Assembly: GCA_008632985.1 (NCBI GenBank)
Contig: QPGO01000020.1
Location: forward strand, 372,001 to 436,000
From: Psammoneis japonica
Lineage: Eukaryota
Direction of reading: 5' to 3'
Length of the DNA stretch: 64,000 nt
Shown: positions 61,201-64,000 of the stretch, piece by piece
Layout: each line of letters starts with the position of its first letter
How positions within the stretch are numbered: the first letter of the stretch is position 1
The notes under the pieces: generated by a model
What the model was told of the DNA's origin: nothing
What the model saw: the letters and a program-made list of their open reading frames with translations, nothing else
Databases searched by the model: none
Translations under genes and position numbers: made by a program

Positions 61201-64000
61201 CTGCATTGTTGACAAACTGCACATTGTTCCATGCATGCTGCAAAATGACAAACATGGGTGTCCAACAGAAGGAGGGTTCCGGCCAGCCATCATCATTTGC
61301 CTGTCACTGGCAGCATTTTCTGCAGTTTGACCTCAATTTTAGAAGCATTGACCACTTGAAAATGCCTCTTTGAAGACAAAGTGAACAATTTAAGCTGTGC
61401 TGCAATTCATTTGGTTGGAGCTGGCACATTCACTGGATCCAGGGTCCAACTGCTTGTAGCTCCTCAGGAACTTGCATGGATTTCTGACACCTGTTGAGAA
61501 CCGCCCAGGATCCTCTCATTTGGTCACAGAGCAGGAGGTGTTTGAGCTGTTGGTTGAAACTTTTGGATGATCTGACAACACAGACATTGAGTTGATTTGA
61601 TCATTGCAAATGATCATGACAAGCAAGGATTTCATCCACAGATCTTCAACACACACAGTTGTTAATTTTGTCTTTTTTGCTTGTTTTGGGCCACCTGTGT
61701 GGCTCATTGTGTTCACATTTTAAAAACTTGTTAAGAGCAGCTTCATTTGCTTTCCATTTGTTAGATCTCTGCCTTTGTTTGAGTTGCCTGTGTGGCTCAC
61801 ACGAGTGTATTTCTGTGTGCTGCAGTTTGCTGGTTCAATCTGTTGTTGTGAAGGGAGGCGAGCTTGGCGACATGTTTCTGAAAGGCACTCGAGCAAGCTT
61901 CACACAATGTGTCAGTTGACAAAACTCTTGAGACACAGTGTTTTTGCTTTGGTTGTTGTGTGAGAGAGCTTTGCATGCAAAGTCATTGCAGGGACAATCA
62001 GTCAGGAGATCATGGTTGAAGTGCTGACATGTTGTGTCCTCTTTTCCAGGTCTGCCAGGAGGAGAGCTGTGCAGTGACAGTGATGTGGAAAATGACCAAG
62101 GCAAGTGTGAAAAGGTTGCTCATTGTTGTAGAATTTTTCACAATGCAAAGCATGCTGACAGGCATTGCTTGTTTCATTTGGCACAGGCATGGTGTCGTTT
62201 GGCTCGGCAGAAGGATTGATCACTTTCTTGCACTTTTGAGCATGAGATCCTCACTTGTGAGATCACCAGAATTTCTTGGATGCAATGTGAGCTCTTTTGG
62301 CTGGCTTTTTTGTCTCACACACAGCATGGACAATTGTCGCAGGCCTGGGCAGTGCAGTCAAAATTAAGGCCACCACTTCAATGCCGGAAGACTGGTCTCC
62401 AGACACTGGATTTTATGGGGAGCAGCAGTCAAGGTAAATGTTGGTGAGAAGGGATGCAATGCAGGTCAGTTTGTTCATGCTCATCAGCTTCTTTGACTTC
62501 TCTGCTGTGCCGGCGACTCTCCTCACAGTGCTTGGACCTTCAAAGCACACACTTTTTGGAGACTTCACAGTGGAAGGGGGTCCAACGGCTGCACTGCAGA
62601 TTCTCTTGTTGGGCAGGTTGGTCACAGCAGACAATTCGCAAGACAGGAGACAACTCCCAGTTGCAGCTGGCCATTGAAATCACCAGCCCATGCCACTTTG
62701 TGACACTGCTCTTTGACAAAGCCATTCTCATCATTGCAGTGATGATTTCCAGTGCTTGGAGCCCAGCAGAGAGAGCTGCCTGCACACTCACCAAGTCCTG
62801 GATCAAACCCACCTTTCATGGTTAAATGGCACCAACTGCGCTTGTTGATTCTTGTCATTGCTCACATTCAATGTCCTTCCATGCAGCAGATGCTTCCTGG
62901 ACCATTGCACAGTGTTCAATCTACATTGTCAACACACTGTGCATTGGTCCATGCATGCAAAACAATGAAAACGGGTGTCTGACAGAAGGGTTCCGGCCAG
63001 CTGTCATCATCCAATTGTTGCTGGCAGCATTTTCTGCAGTTTGACCCCAATCTCAGAGCATTGACCACTTGAAAATGCCTCTTTGCAGACAACGTGACAA
63101 TTTGAGCCATGCTCCAAATCGATTTTGTTGGAGCTGGTGTGTTCACAGGATCCAATCAACTGCCCAGGACAGTCTCCTCAAGTCACAGAGGGTGGTGTTC
63201 AAGCCATTGGTTGAAACTTTTGGATGGATTGACACAGACTTTGAGGCAATTTGATTGCCACAGATGATCATGGCAGGCAAGGATTGCCGTGCTTGCTTCT
63301 GTTTTTGGATTTAAACTTGCCAAAGGCATGGTCTTTGCATCTCATGAAGTGAGCAAGAATGGCACTGCTGCTTGGAAAGCCGTTGCCGGAAGACAGAGAC
63401 TGGGAAGATTGTTTCATCTTCTTCCCTCTGTCACCATTGCTGCAAATGAAGACAATGGCCAGAGTTCATCAGCCACACATTCTCAGTTCCCAGGGGCTCA
63501 CTCTGGTGTTGAGTTTGATGACATGTCTTGGTGTCTCCAATTGGAGAAACAGGCTTGCTGGGTGGATGGTGCACAACGCACAGGCCAGCACCACTTGAGA
63601 AAACAAAATGGAGCATGTGGTGGTGTCCCCATGTCCTCCCAGCAAATGTTTGCCAAATGCCAAGCCAGATCATCAACACCACCACAAATGCACATTGGTT
63701 TGAGTTGCTGCCTGCATGACATGCACCACCCCAGTTGCACTCAGTCTGCATTTGTTGATTGTTGAGTGGGTTTGCCCAATTATGAAGCATTTGCACTCTT
63801 GATTTGGGAAGCTGCAAGCCTTGTCTTGGGCAGCAGCAGCCCCTCATGTGATTCCTCCACAAACAAGAAAAGATGCCCAGCTGCACAAGGTGTGCAAGCA
63901 TCAGGCCCACAGATGTGGCAAAGGAGGTGTGCAGTTGTCTTGGGATGGCATTGGAGGACTCCAGTGGTGGGTTGCCAGGGACATGTCAACAACCATGGTT
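58230..64000. mobile_element. Degenerate repeat domain 4, TpA- and CpG-depleted, with internal duplications; runs off the window end
   Basis: TA and CG nearly absent. Duplications: 59826-59990 with 60130-60295; 60735-60900 with 61680-61850; 60935-61630 with 62650-63285. Confidence 0.7.

Overview
Eukaryotic nuclear DNA, most likely a (pennate) diatom. This is inferred from short GT-AG introns, a CoDi-like Ty1/copia element with an RT motif RQVDDF, and a diatom-type DIRS/Ngaro-like element. Gene blocks contain an MSH5 pseudogene, a degenerate Ran paralog, a secreted Gly-linker protein, a very large IQ-repeat protein, a type II NADH dehydrogenase, a protein kinase, a neutral ceramidase pseudogene and several hypothetical proteins. 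These alternate with four sharply bounded transposon/repeat domains (~2.2-7.5, ~22.6-30.9, ~38.7-52.9 and ~58.2-64 kb). The main observation is that TpA dinucleotides are almost absent in these domains, converted to TpG or CpA (A>G on either strand). Supporting evidence: conserved Tyr codons read Cys/His; the two copia LTRs carry reciprocal TG/CA changes; an unmutated paralog in the window polarises the change; surviving TpA sits mostly in TTA/TAA contexts; and the youngest element has lost TpA while keeping CpG. This looks like a transposon-directed hypermutation system with the opposite chemistry to fungal RIP. The 38.7-52.9 kb domain is a nest: an EXO1/XPG-like nuclease ORF split by a full-length copia, which holds a foldback MITE, abutting a DIRS-like element that holds two 399-bp MITEs.
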